Position numbers and translations under genes: made by a program. Under the pieces are notes generated by a model. That model had not been told where the DNA came from. It made no database searches and worked only from the letters and a program-made list of their open reading frames with translations. Source: the human T2T-CHM13v2.0 reference genome, Homo sapiens. From it: a stretch of 64,000 bases of DNA. Shown one piece after another: positions 28,375-42,181 of the stretch. The DNA lies in the NCBI RefSeq assembly GCF_009914755.1, contig NC_060930.1. One strand, written 5' to 3'. Numbering within the stretch: position 1 is the stretch's first letter; every line of letters starts with the position of its first letter.

Positions 28375-29809
28375 TTTGCTTTCTGATGTGTTACATTCTG
28401 AGGTGTTGCATTCTGACATGCTGCATTCTTCCTGATATGTTGCATATTCTGACATGTTGCATTCTTTCTGATGTGCTGCATTCTGACATGTTGCATTCTT
28501 TCTGATGTGTTGCATATTCTGGCATGTTGCATTCTTTCTGATGTGCTGCATTCTGACATGTTGCATTCTTTCTGATGTGTTGCATTCTGATGTGTTGCAT
28601 TCTTGCTGATGTGTTGCATTCTGATATGTTGCATTCTTTCTGATGTGTTGCATTCTGATGTGTTGTATTCTTTCTGGTGTGTTGCATTCTGATGTGTTGC
28701 ATTCTTTCTGATATGTTGCACTCTGATGTGTTGCATTCTTTCTGATGTGTTGCATTCTGATGTGTTGGATTCTTTCTGATGTGTTGCATTCTTTCTGATG
28801 TGTTGCATTCTGATGTGTTGCATTCTTTCTGTGTTGCATTCTGATGTGTTGCATTCTTTCTGATATGTTGCAGTCTGATGTGTTGCCCTCTGATATGTTG
28901 CATTCTTTCAGATATGTTGCATTCTGATGTGTTGTATTCTTTCTGGTGTGTTGCATTCTGAAGTGTTGCATTCTTTCTGATATGTTGCATTCTGATGTGT
29001 TGCATTCTTTCAGATATGTTGCATTCTGACGTGCTGCATTCTTTCTGATATGTTGCATTCTGATGTGTTGCATTCTTTTTGATGTGTTCCATTCTGATGT
29101 GTTGCATTCTTTCTGATATGTTGCAGTCTGATGTGTTGCATTCTGAAGTGTTGCATTCTTTCTGATGTGTTGCATTCTGATATGTTGCATTCTTTCTGAT
29201 GTGTTGCATTCTGATGTGTTGCATTCTTTCTGATACATCACATTCTGATGTGTTGCATTCTTTCTGATGTGTTGCCCTCCGATATGTTGCATTCTTTCAG
29301 ATATGTGGCATTCTGATGTGTTGTATTCTTTCTGGTGTGTTGCATTCTGAAGTGTTGCATTCTTTCTGATATATTGCATTCTGATGTGTTGTATTCTTTC
29401 TGGTGTGTTGCATTCTGAAGTGTTGCATTCTTTCAGATATGTTGCATTCTGATGTGTTGCATTCTTTCTGGTGTGTTGCATTCTGAAGTGTTGCATTCTT
29501 TCTGATATGTTGCATTCTGGCGTGTTGCATTCTTTCAGATATGTTGCATTCTGACGTGTTGCATTCTTTCTGATGTGTTGCATTCTGATGTGTTGCATTC
29601 TTTCTGATATGTTGCAGCCTGATGTGTTGCATTCTGAAGTGCTGCATTCGTTCTGATATCTTGCAGTCTGATATGTTGCATTCTGAAGTGTTGCATTCTT
29701 TCTGATATGTTGCATTCTTTCTGATGTGTTGCATTCTTTCTGTTATGTTGTATTCTGATGTGTTGAATCCTGATATGTTGCACTCTGATGTGTTGCATTC
29801 TGATATGTT
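28375..29809. repeat. Minisatellite/VNTR of interleaved 15-bp (TGTTGCATTCTGATG) and 19-bp (TGTTGCATTCTTTCTGATG) units, roughly 80-85 units
   Basis: Read directly. The TGTTGCATTC core recurs throughout, the edges are degenerate, and variant units (CTGACA, CTGAAG, CAGATA, GCAGTC, GCCCTC) are present. Confidence 0.95.
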
Positions 29810-30710
29810 TTCTTGTTGAGTTTAAAAGATGGAGCTGTATGCAGGGTTACAGGAATAAGGCACAAACAATGGACCCATCCATGGGTGTGAAGCACATGTG
29901 CGGCCAGAACCCACCTGGTGGGTCATGACTGAAAAAACACTGTGAACTATTGCCTAGGCCCATCTCATGGTTGATATCTTTCCTGCTACTCTGAACTCTC
30001 TGTGACTGTCTATAATAACTGTAGGCATTTCTACACAACCAATAGTTTTTTGGAAGCAGGCTAAGATTTTTTACATGTATCATTAAATAAATTTACTTAT
30101 TTTGAATTTAACATAAAGCATAAAAGATTTAAAAGTAAAAGTATGTATTTTGAGTAGGTATTTCCTTACATTGTGTACACCGTGTATGCATTTTGAATGT
30201 TTGTTTATCTAATAAAAGTTGTAAAGGCTTTTGGAAATATAAAACTGAATGATCCCCCACATTTCTGAAGAAATGTGAATGGCAAATTATAGGATGAATG
30301 GGATGGATTACAAGTCAGAAATTAAACTCTATAAAGATAAACAGAGACTGAAGAAGACAGAGAAATGCAATTGGAAATGAAGGCTAATTAAACAAAAGCA
30401 CTAAATATGTCTAAGCAGCAAGCTACAATTAACATGGAAGACAAATTGTGAGCACAACTGCATTGTGAATATACACACACCAAATATAAATATTATGTTA
30501 ATAACTGTGACGACTTGGTAGAAAGGTGTATGTTTCAGTAGGTATAGCCATTACATTTACTTTTTTTGGTATTTTTTTTTAACTTTTGTTTTAGATTCAG
30601 AAGTACATGTGCAGGTTTGTTACACAGGTAAACTGCATGTCACGGGGGTTTGGTGTACAGATAATTTCATCACCCAAGTACTAAGCCTAATACCCAACAG
30701 GTACTTTTTC

Positions 30711-30978
30711 TTGTTCTATTTTTTTTTTTTTGAGATGGAGTCTTGCTCTGTCACCCACGCTGGAGTGTAATGGTGCAATCTCAGCACGCTGGAACCTCCG
30801 CCTCCTGGGTTCAAGCGATTCTCCTGCCTCAGCTCCCTGAGTAGCTGGGATTACAGGTGTGTGCCACCATGCCTGGCTAATTTTTGTATGTTTAGTACAG
30901 ACAGGGTTTCACCATGTTGGCCAGGCTGGTCTTAAACTCCTGACCTCAGGTGATCCATCCACCTCAGCCTCCTAAACT
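30711..30978 (-). mobile_element. AluS, 5'-truncated, nested in L1
   Basis: Perfect 15-bp TSD AACAGGTACTTTTTC at 30696-30710 and 30979-30993. Confidence 0.93.
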
Positions 30979-31087
30979 AACAGGTACTTTTTCTGGTCCT
31001 CTCCCTCATCCCACCCTCCATGCTCAGGTAGGCTCCAGTGTCTGCTGTTCCTGTCTTTGTGTCAATGTGTTCTCATTGTTCAGCTTG

Positions 31088-31256
31088 CATTTCTTCAGAG
31101 GTTTTTTTTTTGTGTGTGTGTGTGTGTGTGGAGATAATTCACTTTTATATTTCCGAAAGCCTTTAAAACTTTTATTAGATAAACAAACATTCAAGATGCA
31201 TACAGTGTACACGATGCAAAGAAATACCTACTCAAAATATATACTCTTATTTTAAA
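31088..31256 (-). repeat. Inverted copy of 30128-30275 inserted in the L1 fragment
   Basis: By-eye alignment to the reverse complement is about 90% identical, e.g. TTTTATTAGATAAACAAACATTCAA and GAAATACCTACTCAAAATA. Confidence 0.9.
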
Positions 31257-32409
31257 AGTGAGAACATGCAACATTTGGTTTTCTGTTGCTGTGTTAGTTT
31301 GCTTAGGATAATGGCCGTCACCTCCATCCATGCTGCTGCAAAGGCCATGATCTCATTCTTTTTAATCAGCCATTACATTAAAGATGTCAGAGTTTTATGG
31401 GGCTATTTGAGCTTCAGTTAGCATCCAGGGTTCTTTGCATTGTCTCGATGACCTGGTCTCATGCAAACAATGTCTGGACTCACCCTCACTTGTTAGCAGT
31501 GAGCAGATTGAGTTTGCCTCAGGAGAATTTTCTAGGGACAAATGGAGATCTCTAATGTTGCCCTCATATTCCCCCTTTGGAGCAACAGCACCATAATGAG
31601 GGCGTAGGAACCTCTCAGTAAAGATTGCCTTTCTACTTCAGAAAATGCTGCTAACAGAAAAAAACAAAAACAAAAAGAAAAACGGATTTTTATCAAATTG
31701 GTAATGAAACACTTATTTCATGCTACTGGGTATATGAGGTATTATTATCAGAAAGATATCAAACAGTTAAACTTCACCTCTACTAGCTACCTAGGAAAAA
31801 TATGTCCAAATTTTATCTAATTTAGGACAATATGGATTTTTAAGTCTTAAAACTGATGGGAAAGTCTATGGAATCTCCTTATATGGAAAAGTATGAAAAT
31901 AAGCCAGAATTAAAAGAACTGAGTAAGATAATCTCATGAAACCCTTTGCAGGTTTATAATTTAATTTTTTATTGTTAAAATGCCCATGGTTTATGAACCT
32001 TAACTTAGAATCCTCCTGTAATAGCCCTGTTGAATAAACAACACCCGGGTATAATCATCTTCAGATACGAAAGGCAACTGCATTCGCATTTCTTGGGATA
32101 ACAGCCAGAATACTACAGGTAGTAAACTTTGGGAGTGATTACCAAACCACCTAGGAGATAAAACTCCCTTAGCTTCCAGCTGATGCCTTATTCTCAAGAT
32201 TTGTCATGACATAATTGCCCAGAATATAAGACTCGAGGTAATTCACTTTGCTTAACTGAAACAAAGCTTGATCCCAAAGAGAGAAAATTTTCAGTCCTTG
32301 CCAAGACTGCTGACCATTTCTTTCCAAAAATAGTGACTTGGGGTCAGTGGATCATTTAATATCCCTGCTTAGTATTGTTGAAAATTCCCAGGGGGTGAAA
32401 AAAAAAAAA

Positions 32410-32442
<33 letters not shown>

Positions 32443-32581
32443 TATATGTATTCCAAAGTGAATGACACAGAATGTGTAAGTGCTTATATTTTTAAACTAC
32501 AAGTCTGTCTCCAAAAAATAACTTTCATCTTTTCTCTTCTAATAAATACTTTTTAAATGACCTCTCTTTTATTGAAAATTC

Positions 32582-32585
<4 letters not shown>

Positions 32586-32628
<43 letters not shown>
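32586..32628. repeat. (CA)n microsatellite; a (TA)n tract also lies at about 32410-32450
   Basis: Read directly. Confidence 0.95.
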
Positions 32629-32631
<3 letters not shown>

Positions 32632-33731
32632 TTGCTAATGGAAAAAAGAACACAACACAACAAAGAAGTGTATCATAAGGAAAGTTTCCCTAAAGTTCAT
32701 CTGGATGTGGTTTTACATCATCCTTCCAGCCAGTGAACACACAGATGTGAAGACATGTGCAAGCCATGTTTGTTAATTTATAAAGTACTGTACCTCGGTT
32801 TTCCTGCAAATTTTAAAGCAACTGAAAATGAACTGCAGCTTACATTGCTAACATTTTCCAGCCCATACAAAGTCATAAGATAACCAAAAATCATGTTTCA
32901 ACCCACGGTATTCCATACAATGAATGCTTTCACTCCAGGCCTGCGAATTAGGCTGACATCTTCCCTAGCTGTAATATCTCCATCCCAAAATACGTTCATT
33001 CAATATGTTCATCAAACACAGTGAGAATTTCTGTTTTCATACTGAGATTAGTATTGTGTGGAGCCACCTGTACAGGATTATGAAAGGCAGATCGCAAAGT
33101 CTTGTGATGGTCAAGACCCTCTCTGATCAGCAGAGGACCTTGGTACTCAGGCCTGGACTTGTGGAAACTGAGGGGTAATACATTTGTGTTAAGTGTGTGG
33201 TAATTTGTTGAGCTGCGGCAATAGAAAATGAATACAGTGACTAATTTCCCTAAACATTTAGAGGAAATTTCTTGGCATAGGTGAGTTTTTAATGCTAAAA
33301 TTTAAAACAGTTGCTTTTTTCACTTGATGTTTTACAAATTCCAGTGAATTGAATAAATCTTCCAAGCCAATGCTATTGAGTGGGACCTGAGTGAATAAGG
33401 TATGTACACTCTGTACTGAACTGAATATTTTTCATAGTTTTACCAAGTTTCATGTGTCCCTTTCCCATTTGCCTATATCACAATGATGACGCACCTAACA
33501 GAAATAAATATTAATAGTCTGAATGTGGATATCACCACTAATAATTTCCTTTTAATTAAACACATGCTTACAAACACAATTTCCTTAGAAAAATATTTTC
33601 TTTTTCCAACACAAGAGAATTTTAGGGATTATAAACAAGCAAAAAAAAAAAAAAAAGCACATGCCCCCTCCAGTGTTAGTTGCTGCCTTCCTGTTAGGTG
33701 TCTTCTCCAGCCTCTGTTCCCCTTGTAGAGA

Positions 33732-33793
33732 GAGGCTGAGGAGGGTGGATCACAAGGTCAAGAGTTTGAGACCAGTCTGGCCAACATGGTGAA
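33732..33793 (+). repeat. 62-bp Alu left-arm fragment, apparent copy of 34299-34360
   Basis: Shares the non-consensus GAGGAGGGTGG and CCAGTCTGG variants with the nearby Alu; no tail or TSD. Confidence 0.75.
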
Positions 33794-33798
33794 GGGTA

Positions 33799-34233
33799 CA
33801 GTTGACCCTTGGATGACACAAGTTTGAGCTGTACACACAAGTCCCCCTCATGTGGATTTTCTTCCACCTCTGCCACCCCTGAGACAGCAAGACTAACCTC
33901 TCCCCTTCTTCCTCCTCAGCCTACCCAACATAAAGACGATAAGGATGAAGACCTTTATGATGATCCACTTCCACTTAATGAAGAGTAAATATATTTTCTC
34001 TTCCCTATGATTTTCTTAACATTTTCCTTTCTCTAGCTTACTTGAGGATATTTATATAATACAAATAGCATCCACAATAGGTGTTAGTCGACTATTTTCG
34101 TCATCAGTAAGGTTTTCAATGAAGAATCAACTATTAGTTGTTAAGTTTTTTGGAGAGTCAAAAGTTGTACACAGATTTGCAACTGTGCAGGGGCTCAGAA
34201 CACCTAACGCCTGTGTTGCTCAAGGATCAACTG
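33799..34233 (+). mobile_element. Tigger2a/MER28-like DNA transposon
   Basis: TIRs CAGTTGACCCTT ... AAGGATCAACTG flanked by TA on both sides. Confidence 0.88.
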
Positions 34234-34256
34234 TATTTTTAAAAGTGAGACTGTAA

Positions 34257-34590
<334 letters not shown>

Positions 34591-37500
34591 TTAAAAAATT
34601 CTTCCTTTTACAGAAAATAAGTCCCAATCAATACCTGTTACCTGCTATGTATAACACAGCACATCCTTCCCTGGAATCACGGGAAGAAAACAAATGTCTC
34701 TGTTCATTCATTCTTTCACTCATTCATCCATTCATTCATTTGCTGTTCACTGAAGTCTAAGCCTGTACAATGTGTAAGGGACGTACAAAACACCACCTGT
34801 CAAAGAACTCAAAATCTCATGGCAAGGCTGATGTTCACATGAATTATCAAAGAGAAAGGGCTTTTGAATAACACAGACTTCTGTGGAGATCCTCCCTGTC
34901 CTGCTTGCAGCTGTTTATACTCTTGGCAAATTATGTAACCTCTCTGTACTCCTTTAATTGTCTGTAAAATGTAGAAAATCATATCTACCTTTCTGAGCAG
35001 CAGTAAAGGTGAGAAGAGATCATACATGTAGAACACATACTTAGGACTGCAGTTGTTCAGTGGCTAATCGGTTGTGGAAGCCCTGGATAAACACTGTGAC
35101 AACACATGTCTGAGAAGAGGGAGTTGCAACCAACCTGCCATTCACTCCCTCCCCTTACCGGAGGCCATCCCCAGGGCAAAGAAAAGGAGGCTGAGACCTG
35201 GTCTAATCTCCTTGTCAACCAGGATTGTTGGAAGGAAGAAGCCTTATCTCTGAAGTCCTTAGCAGGACATCCAGCTAGGAATAATCTGTTAGTAAACAGA
35301 ACCCAAGATCCCTAAGACATGACTTCCCAGAGAATGTCATGTAAGATATACAACTTTCTGGGGGTACAAATTAGAAATGTTTTATATTTTGAATGTTCCC
35401 TGCTGTCTGAGAAACCCCAAGACCTCATCTATTCTGGGTCAGAAGGGTAGGCCCAACGTGGGAAGAAAGGTCCTGTTCTCACAGCTCCAAATTTGTGTTT
35501 TGTCTGAGGCTTCAATGGCCTGAGTCTCTGACATGGTTTAGTGAAGCTCAACACTGTGTAAAGTCTCTGGTTTGTGTGAGTCGGAGCTCACAGTCTGACC
35601 AAGCATAGCTCAGCGTTCTGCTCATGCAGGAAGGAGTACAGTGAAGGGGAGGCGGAGGCATTCACAGGCAGAAGAAAGAGATGCAGAGATGAGAGAGGGC
35701 ATGGTGCAATCAGGCAATGGGATGTGTCAATTCTGCAAGAGCATACTGGAAATGGGAGACAAAGGCCCGAGTGCAGGTGCACAGGAAGAGGAGGGGCTGA
35801 CGGCGAGGTCCAGGCACACCTGGTGAAGTCATCTGGCCTTCACCAGGAAGGCAAGGGGAATCCACTTAAAGGGGAATGAACTAAATCAGGGGACTGCTTG
35901 ACCAGAACAATGTCCCTTAAGAGGGAATTAGGATGGAGCGATGAGGACAGCGGGCGCCCTTGCGAAGGCTGAGGTTCACATGAGGGACAGAACATGAATG
36001 AAGAGCAGAGGCAGGGATGGAGAGGGGAGAACAATCTGAAAACTGTCTAAGGATATATAAGACTTTAAAGCAGCTTTAACAAGGAAAATAAAGTGTGGAT
36101 AGAAATAAGTACGAAAAGAATTATAAGATCTAATATGATCACATTTTTGAGCTTCACATTATGGCATTCGATGCTGTATGTGCCTGAAATATATTAACTC
36201 AATAAAACCTTACACTAACCCTTTGAAGTAGGCTCTGTTATTATTCCCATTTGAAAACTGTGGTAAGTGAAGCCCAGCAAGATTACAGAGCTACTGAGTG
36301 GCAGGGCCTTGGACTGTAAAGAAAAACTGCCTAGAACAAAGCCATGACCATACCAGATGACTCCATAAACATGGCAGGAAACACAGAAGCCAGAGCGAGA
36401 TGGCACTCAAAAAGCAATCGCTGTTCAGGGCAGGATGCGATTTCTGGCTAGTTACATAAGGCTGATCAAGAAGAAGTGGGCTCAAGTTTCAGAACACTCT
36501 GCATTACATCCAGCGTATCACATATTACATCCCGTTTAACTCACTGAACCACTATTACCATTTGGAAAGATTCTATCTGCATTCCTCCAAAATAATAGTT
36601 TGGAAAAGTTCATTTAACGAGCCCTCCTATTTGAACCTGGCCTGCCTTGATTGATAAGACTTCAATATCAAATGTAGCAGCCTTGAGTTTTGACTCTCGT
36701 TCAAAAGTGAGTTTCAAAAGTAGATTTTTCTTAAAAATGCAGATGATTTCCTCTTCTTTATTTTACTATTTTTCTATAAATAGTAAAATATACTTTCATT
36801 TCTCTGAAAAGTAACACCAAAGCTTCACCTATAAGAATAACTTATTACTGAATTGGTGTCTTTCTCAGGAATTTAATCCAGGGGAAAACACCTTTGTCAC
36901 TCGAAGGTGTATTCAAGCCAACAGACGATTCTAGCATCGGATGTCAGGAAGGACCAGGGGTGCTCCCGTCATCTTTAAAATCTTCCATTCTGCCCTCCAT
37001 CTTCTGAATTCACATTTCATGTCCTCTATCTTAGTGGTGAGAGGCTTAGCTTTTATAAACGTGAAAAGTCACTGAAATGGACCTAATATTGAAGGAAAGG
37101 AAGTAACATGACATTATTGTCTTTAAGGTAACATAGCAAAGGGTAAAATGTGTCCCTGAGTAATCAAAGCACAGGCACCACAGGCTCCCCGTGCCACCAG
37201 CTCCCACACATGCAGATGCTGGAGAGGCATGGCTTTGAACCTGGTACCAAGTAGGGTAGATGACAACTAGTGTGTGTGGTCACCAGGTGTAGAGGCTGCT
37301 CCCCGAAACCCTGGGTGCAGTCACCACTGATGGGTTCTACATCCGTCTTAGACCTGCAGGTGGGGGTCCAGCATCAGGCTGGCTGGAGCCTGCAACCACC
37401 TACTTAAATCAGAAGTCAAATGTGAGTGCTGGCCACAGTGATATTCTATTGACCATAAATCTGCCTGAGGTTCATCCTGCTGAGGCCTACACAGGCATCT

Positions 37501-37747
37501 ACACTAGAGCATCTAATAATTTCACTAAGTGTTAGAGAACTGACAAAAAATAATAATAAGGCAAACTGTGGGAAACAGGTATACAGTTTTTGTGAGATAA
37601 GATGATGTGGGTTACTGGTCAAAGCCCCTACTGGAAATAAGAAGATATTGATATGCCAGGATCCTCTTAACGTGATTTAAGCTAACTCATTTGACTTCAC
37701 TGGATCCGTATTTTCTCCATTGTATATTAAGTGGAGAGGGGCAGGGC

Positions 37748-38055
<308 letters not shown>

Positions 38056-38362
38056 AAGCAGGAGATGCACTATTTTAAGTGCCTTTTATTCATAAAATTT
38101 AAAAAACGTATTTGCAATATAAAAACTGAAGAGGTGTAATAGCTATTCATACTTACGTGTATAATCGGATTAGTCGGGAAGAGTCGGCATGAGGTGTTTA
38201 AATTCTCTCACCATCAACATTTCCTTTCACTACTTTTCCAAACTGCTACACTTGAAAGATGTTTGCCAAATAAACCGTATTTCAGCAATTTTCTTTTTCT
38301 TCCTTTTTTCCTTTCCTTTCTCTCTGTACCTCTGTCTTTTTTTAACTCAAAGACACATGTAA

Positions 38363-38676
<314 letters not shown>

Positions 38677-40407
38677 AACACATGTAACTATTAATGAGGA
38701 CTTCAGATCAGCCTGAGTTAACCAATGTTATCAAACGAGTTGATACAATTTCTGCCCAAAGCGACTTGACATTTCAATTAAATTGTGCAGCCTTTTCAAA
38801 GGAAAAGATATACTTTCCTTTAAGTGCTTTTGAAATATTAAAAATAGCACCTGGATGCCCATGATTAATTTTATGGATCCTCGAATGGGAGCTATGCATA
38901 TGCACTTTGTCCCTTTGAACCTAAGGATGTTATTGTCCTCGTCTATATCAACTACGTACACAAAGGTTCACCCCTGCATTTCCTGAGGCCTGGACCCCAT
39001 TTCCACAGCTCGTTACTGCTACTTGCCCTACCTGTTTCACTGGGACTGCAGGGCTCTTTTACCTGTGACTTCCTGCCTCAGTTTACCCCAGGCAGTCTCT
39101 AATCACTTGATCCAGACAGATATGCCTCTGGGCCAGCACTGCTCCCATGTAGGTGGCCTCCCTCGGTCCCACGTCCTCCAGTGATAATTCTGAATGGGCC
39201 GTTTGCAATATTGATGAACACATTTAGAAACCGGATGTGGTAGTTGAATCAAGTTCGGGTTTTACAACTGTAATGAACGGCTGACACTTGGGCAGGCAGC
39301 TTTGCCATAGACAGGTGTGGAACAGGCAGTGAGCCCAAGCTTTGCAGCTGATTCAGTGCAGAGTCTCACATCAAGACCTTTGACTTGTTGGTCATTAAGG
39401 AATTTATCAGGGCAATAACTTTTAGTAAAACAGTGAAGAAGAAAGTCTATCAAAAAACAAACAGTAGGCCCGTGTGGTGGAGAAACCACAAGCTAGGTTT
39501 CATTCTGATCCAAGGAACAGGTGGGCTTTCCCTATGCACAAAATTGTCTCACTCCCTGGACTGAATTGATGGTCCAGAGGCTTTAAAATACTCACGGACC
39601 TAGCTTAAGAATAACTGGGTAAATTTACAAATAATTGACAACTACTCTGTAAGGGCCAGAATTAACCCAAAGAAACACATTTGCTAGTGTGTCCACAGCC
39701 ATACATTTGCATTCTTAATTCAGCCTATTCTCCTGGGTTCACGCTGAGTCCAACTTTTGACATCGTCCTTGCAGTCATTCATGCAACTCTGTCTATCTAC
39801 TCTAAAAAGCTGAAGGGCATCTGTCAGCTAATGAGACAATTTCTCCAACAGCTGGTACTCATGTGAGGGTAATTCCGTGGATTTATTCAGTGGTCATGCC
39901 ATCTAATAGTTTCTCCGAGGACCTGATTCAAAGCCCTCAAAATTGAAGTGTGGGAACAGAAGCATAAGAGTAACAAGACACTCGATGAGACAAATCTCAG
40001 AGGCAGGGCAAGGAAACTGAACGGAGTTGACACCAAGGCCGAAGGTGGCTGCCTTGTACCGGACGGGGAATCCGAGGATCAAAGTATCTTGTGGCAAAGT
40101 CTCCCTGGGGATAGTGTCTGTGTGCCCTAGAGCATCACATCAGGGGGCCTCTGTCTTTCCAGAAAGGCAGTCAGGTTCTTCATCCTTCAGACACGATCCC
40201 CACTGACCTGGGAGAAATGCTTGTCCCAGTATCAGCCCCATGGATGAGGCCTGGGCAGTAAACACACCACGAGGGTTCAAACTGGTCTGGGGTGATCCTC
40301 TGTTGAATACACAAGCAGATTGATTGCATTCAACCTCTTTGTCTCGGGAAGGACGTTACTTACACCATCCCAAATTAATAAGAACTATCCTCCAAATAAC
40401 TCCCATG

Positions 40408-40565
40408 TGATATGGTTTGGCTGTGTCCCCACCCAAATCTCATTGTGAATTGTAATAATCCCCACATGTTAAGGGCGGGCCCAGTGGAGATAATTGAATC
40501 ATGGGGGTGGTTTCCCCCATACTGTTCTCATGGTAGTGAATAAGTCTCATGAGATCTGATGGGAT

Positions 40566-40600
<35 letters not shown>

Positions 40601-41091
40601 TTTTGAGACGGAGTCTTGCTCTTGTCACCGAGGCTGGAGTGCAGTGGCACGATCTTGGCACGCTGCAACCTCCGCCTCCGAGGCTCAAGTGATTCTCCTG
40701 CCTCAGCCTCCTGAGTACCCGGGATTACAGGCGTGCACCACCATTCCCAGCTAATTTTTGTATTTTTAGTAGAGACGGGATTTTACCATGTTGGCCAGGC
40801 TGGTCTCGAACTCCTGACCTCAGGTGATTCACCCATCTCAGCCTCCCAAAGTGCTGGGATTACAGGCATGAGCCACTGCGCCCAGCCCTGATGGTTTTGG
40901 GAGTTCCCCTGCACAAGCTCTCTCTTGCCAGCTGTCATGTAAGATGCGTCTTGCTTCCCCTTTGCTTTCTGCCATGATTGTGAGGCTTCTCCAGCCATGT
41001 GGAACGGTGAGTCAATTAAACCTCTTTCCTTTATAAATAAGGGAAAATCCTGGGTATGTCTTTATTAGCAGCATGAGAACAGACTAATACA
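40408..41091 (+). mobile_element. THE1C/D MaLR solo LTR split by an Alu
   Basis: TGATATGGTTTGGCTGTGTCCCCACCC...GAGAACAGACTAATACA. Confidence 0.9.
40564..40887 (-). mobile_element. AluS with (ATTT)n tail, nested in THE1
   Basis: CTGATGG duplicated on both sides. Confidence 0.93.
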
Positions 41092-41745
41092 CTGGAATAT
41101 TTGAGAATCTTCATGACGCTTTCAAAACAATATTTTAGTCATCTGCCCTGAAACACCTCCAGGGTCTTCCCATGTGCATTGTGGAAAGCAAGAACTGGTT
41201 GCTCTCCTTGATGAAGCTCTCACATATGCAAGGACATTTCAGGCTCAAAGTGTCCACAGTTATTGCCTTGCTCATCCCCTTCACTTTTTTGAAGAGAAAA
41301 CAGAAGTGATAAAGAAAGCTAGTTTTTATGGAGCCTCTCTAATCACGCCAGGCATTTTCACAAGTTAGCTCATTGGATTCTCACAGCCGCGCAGAGTAGC
41401 ACCATGGCATTTTGACAGAGGAGGAGGCAAAACCTGGACCACACAGCTGGTGAATGCCCACAGAGGGGTGGCGCCCCCTCATCTGACAACCAGGCCCACC
41501 CTTTCTCTGAAGGCCGCAGAGGTTGAGAGAGAAGAGTCCAGGTTTCCAATCCAACCTGGTTCCTGGTCTTTCCTGCTTCTGATAGAGAATATTTAGTTTA
41601 AGATTCTCTAAGCTATATCTGAAGACTGTAATACTCTAAGAAGCATCAGTCCCTCATTGCCTTCATAATAAAACTTGTTTTCCCTAAGTTTCAACTTATT
41701 GGCTGAAATGAATTTTTTTTTCCCCACAGATTAGATTTGGAATGA

Positions 41746-42181
<436 letters not shown>

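Larger units (their letters stand above)
30558..31367 (-). mobile_element. Older L1PA/PB 3' fragment with a nested Alu and a templated insert
   Basis: GTACATGTGCAGGTTTGTTAC...AGTGAGAACATGC...AGGATAATGGCC; TSD AGCCATTACATT at 30546-30557 and 31368-31379. Confidence 0.85.

Noticed and set aside
28339-29798. Long minus-strand ORFs (458, 277, 153, 145 aa) with MQHIR/NATHQ/ECNTS repeats
   Set aside because: The repeat unit lacks stop codons on that strand, so all three frames are open and the same motifs rotate among them. This is a by-product of the VNTR, with no sign of coding constraint.
28375-29809. CRISPR-like or HSATII/III satellite interpretation
   Set aside because: There are no unique spacers and the context is eukaryotic. 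The period is 15/19 bp rather than a (GGAAT)n pentamer.
41461-41485. Possible CTCF motif (AGGGGGCGC), with a similar one near 47820
   Set aside because: The 5' CCA part of the core is missing, so the match is only partial.
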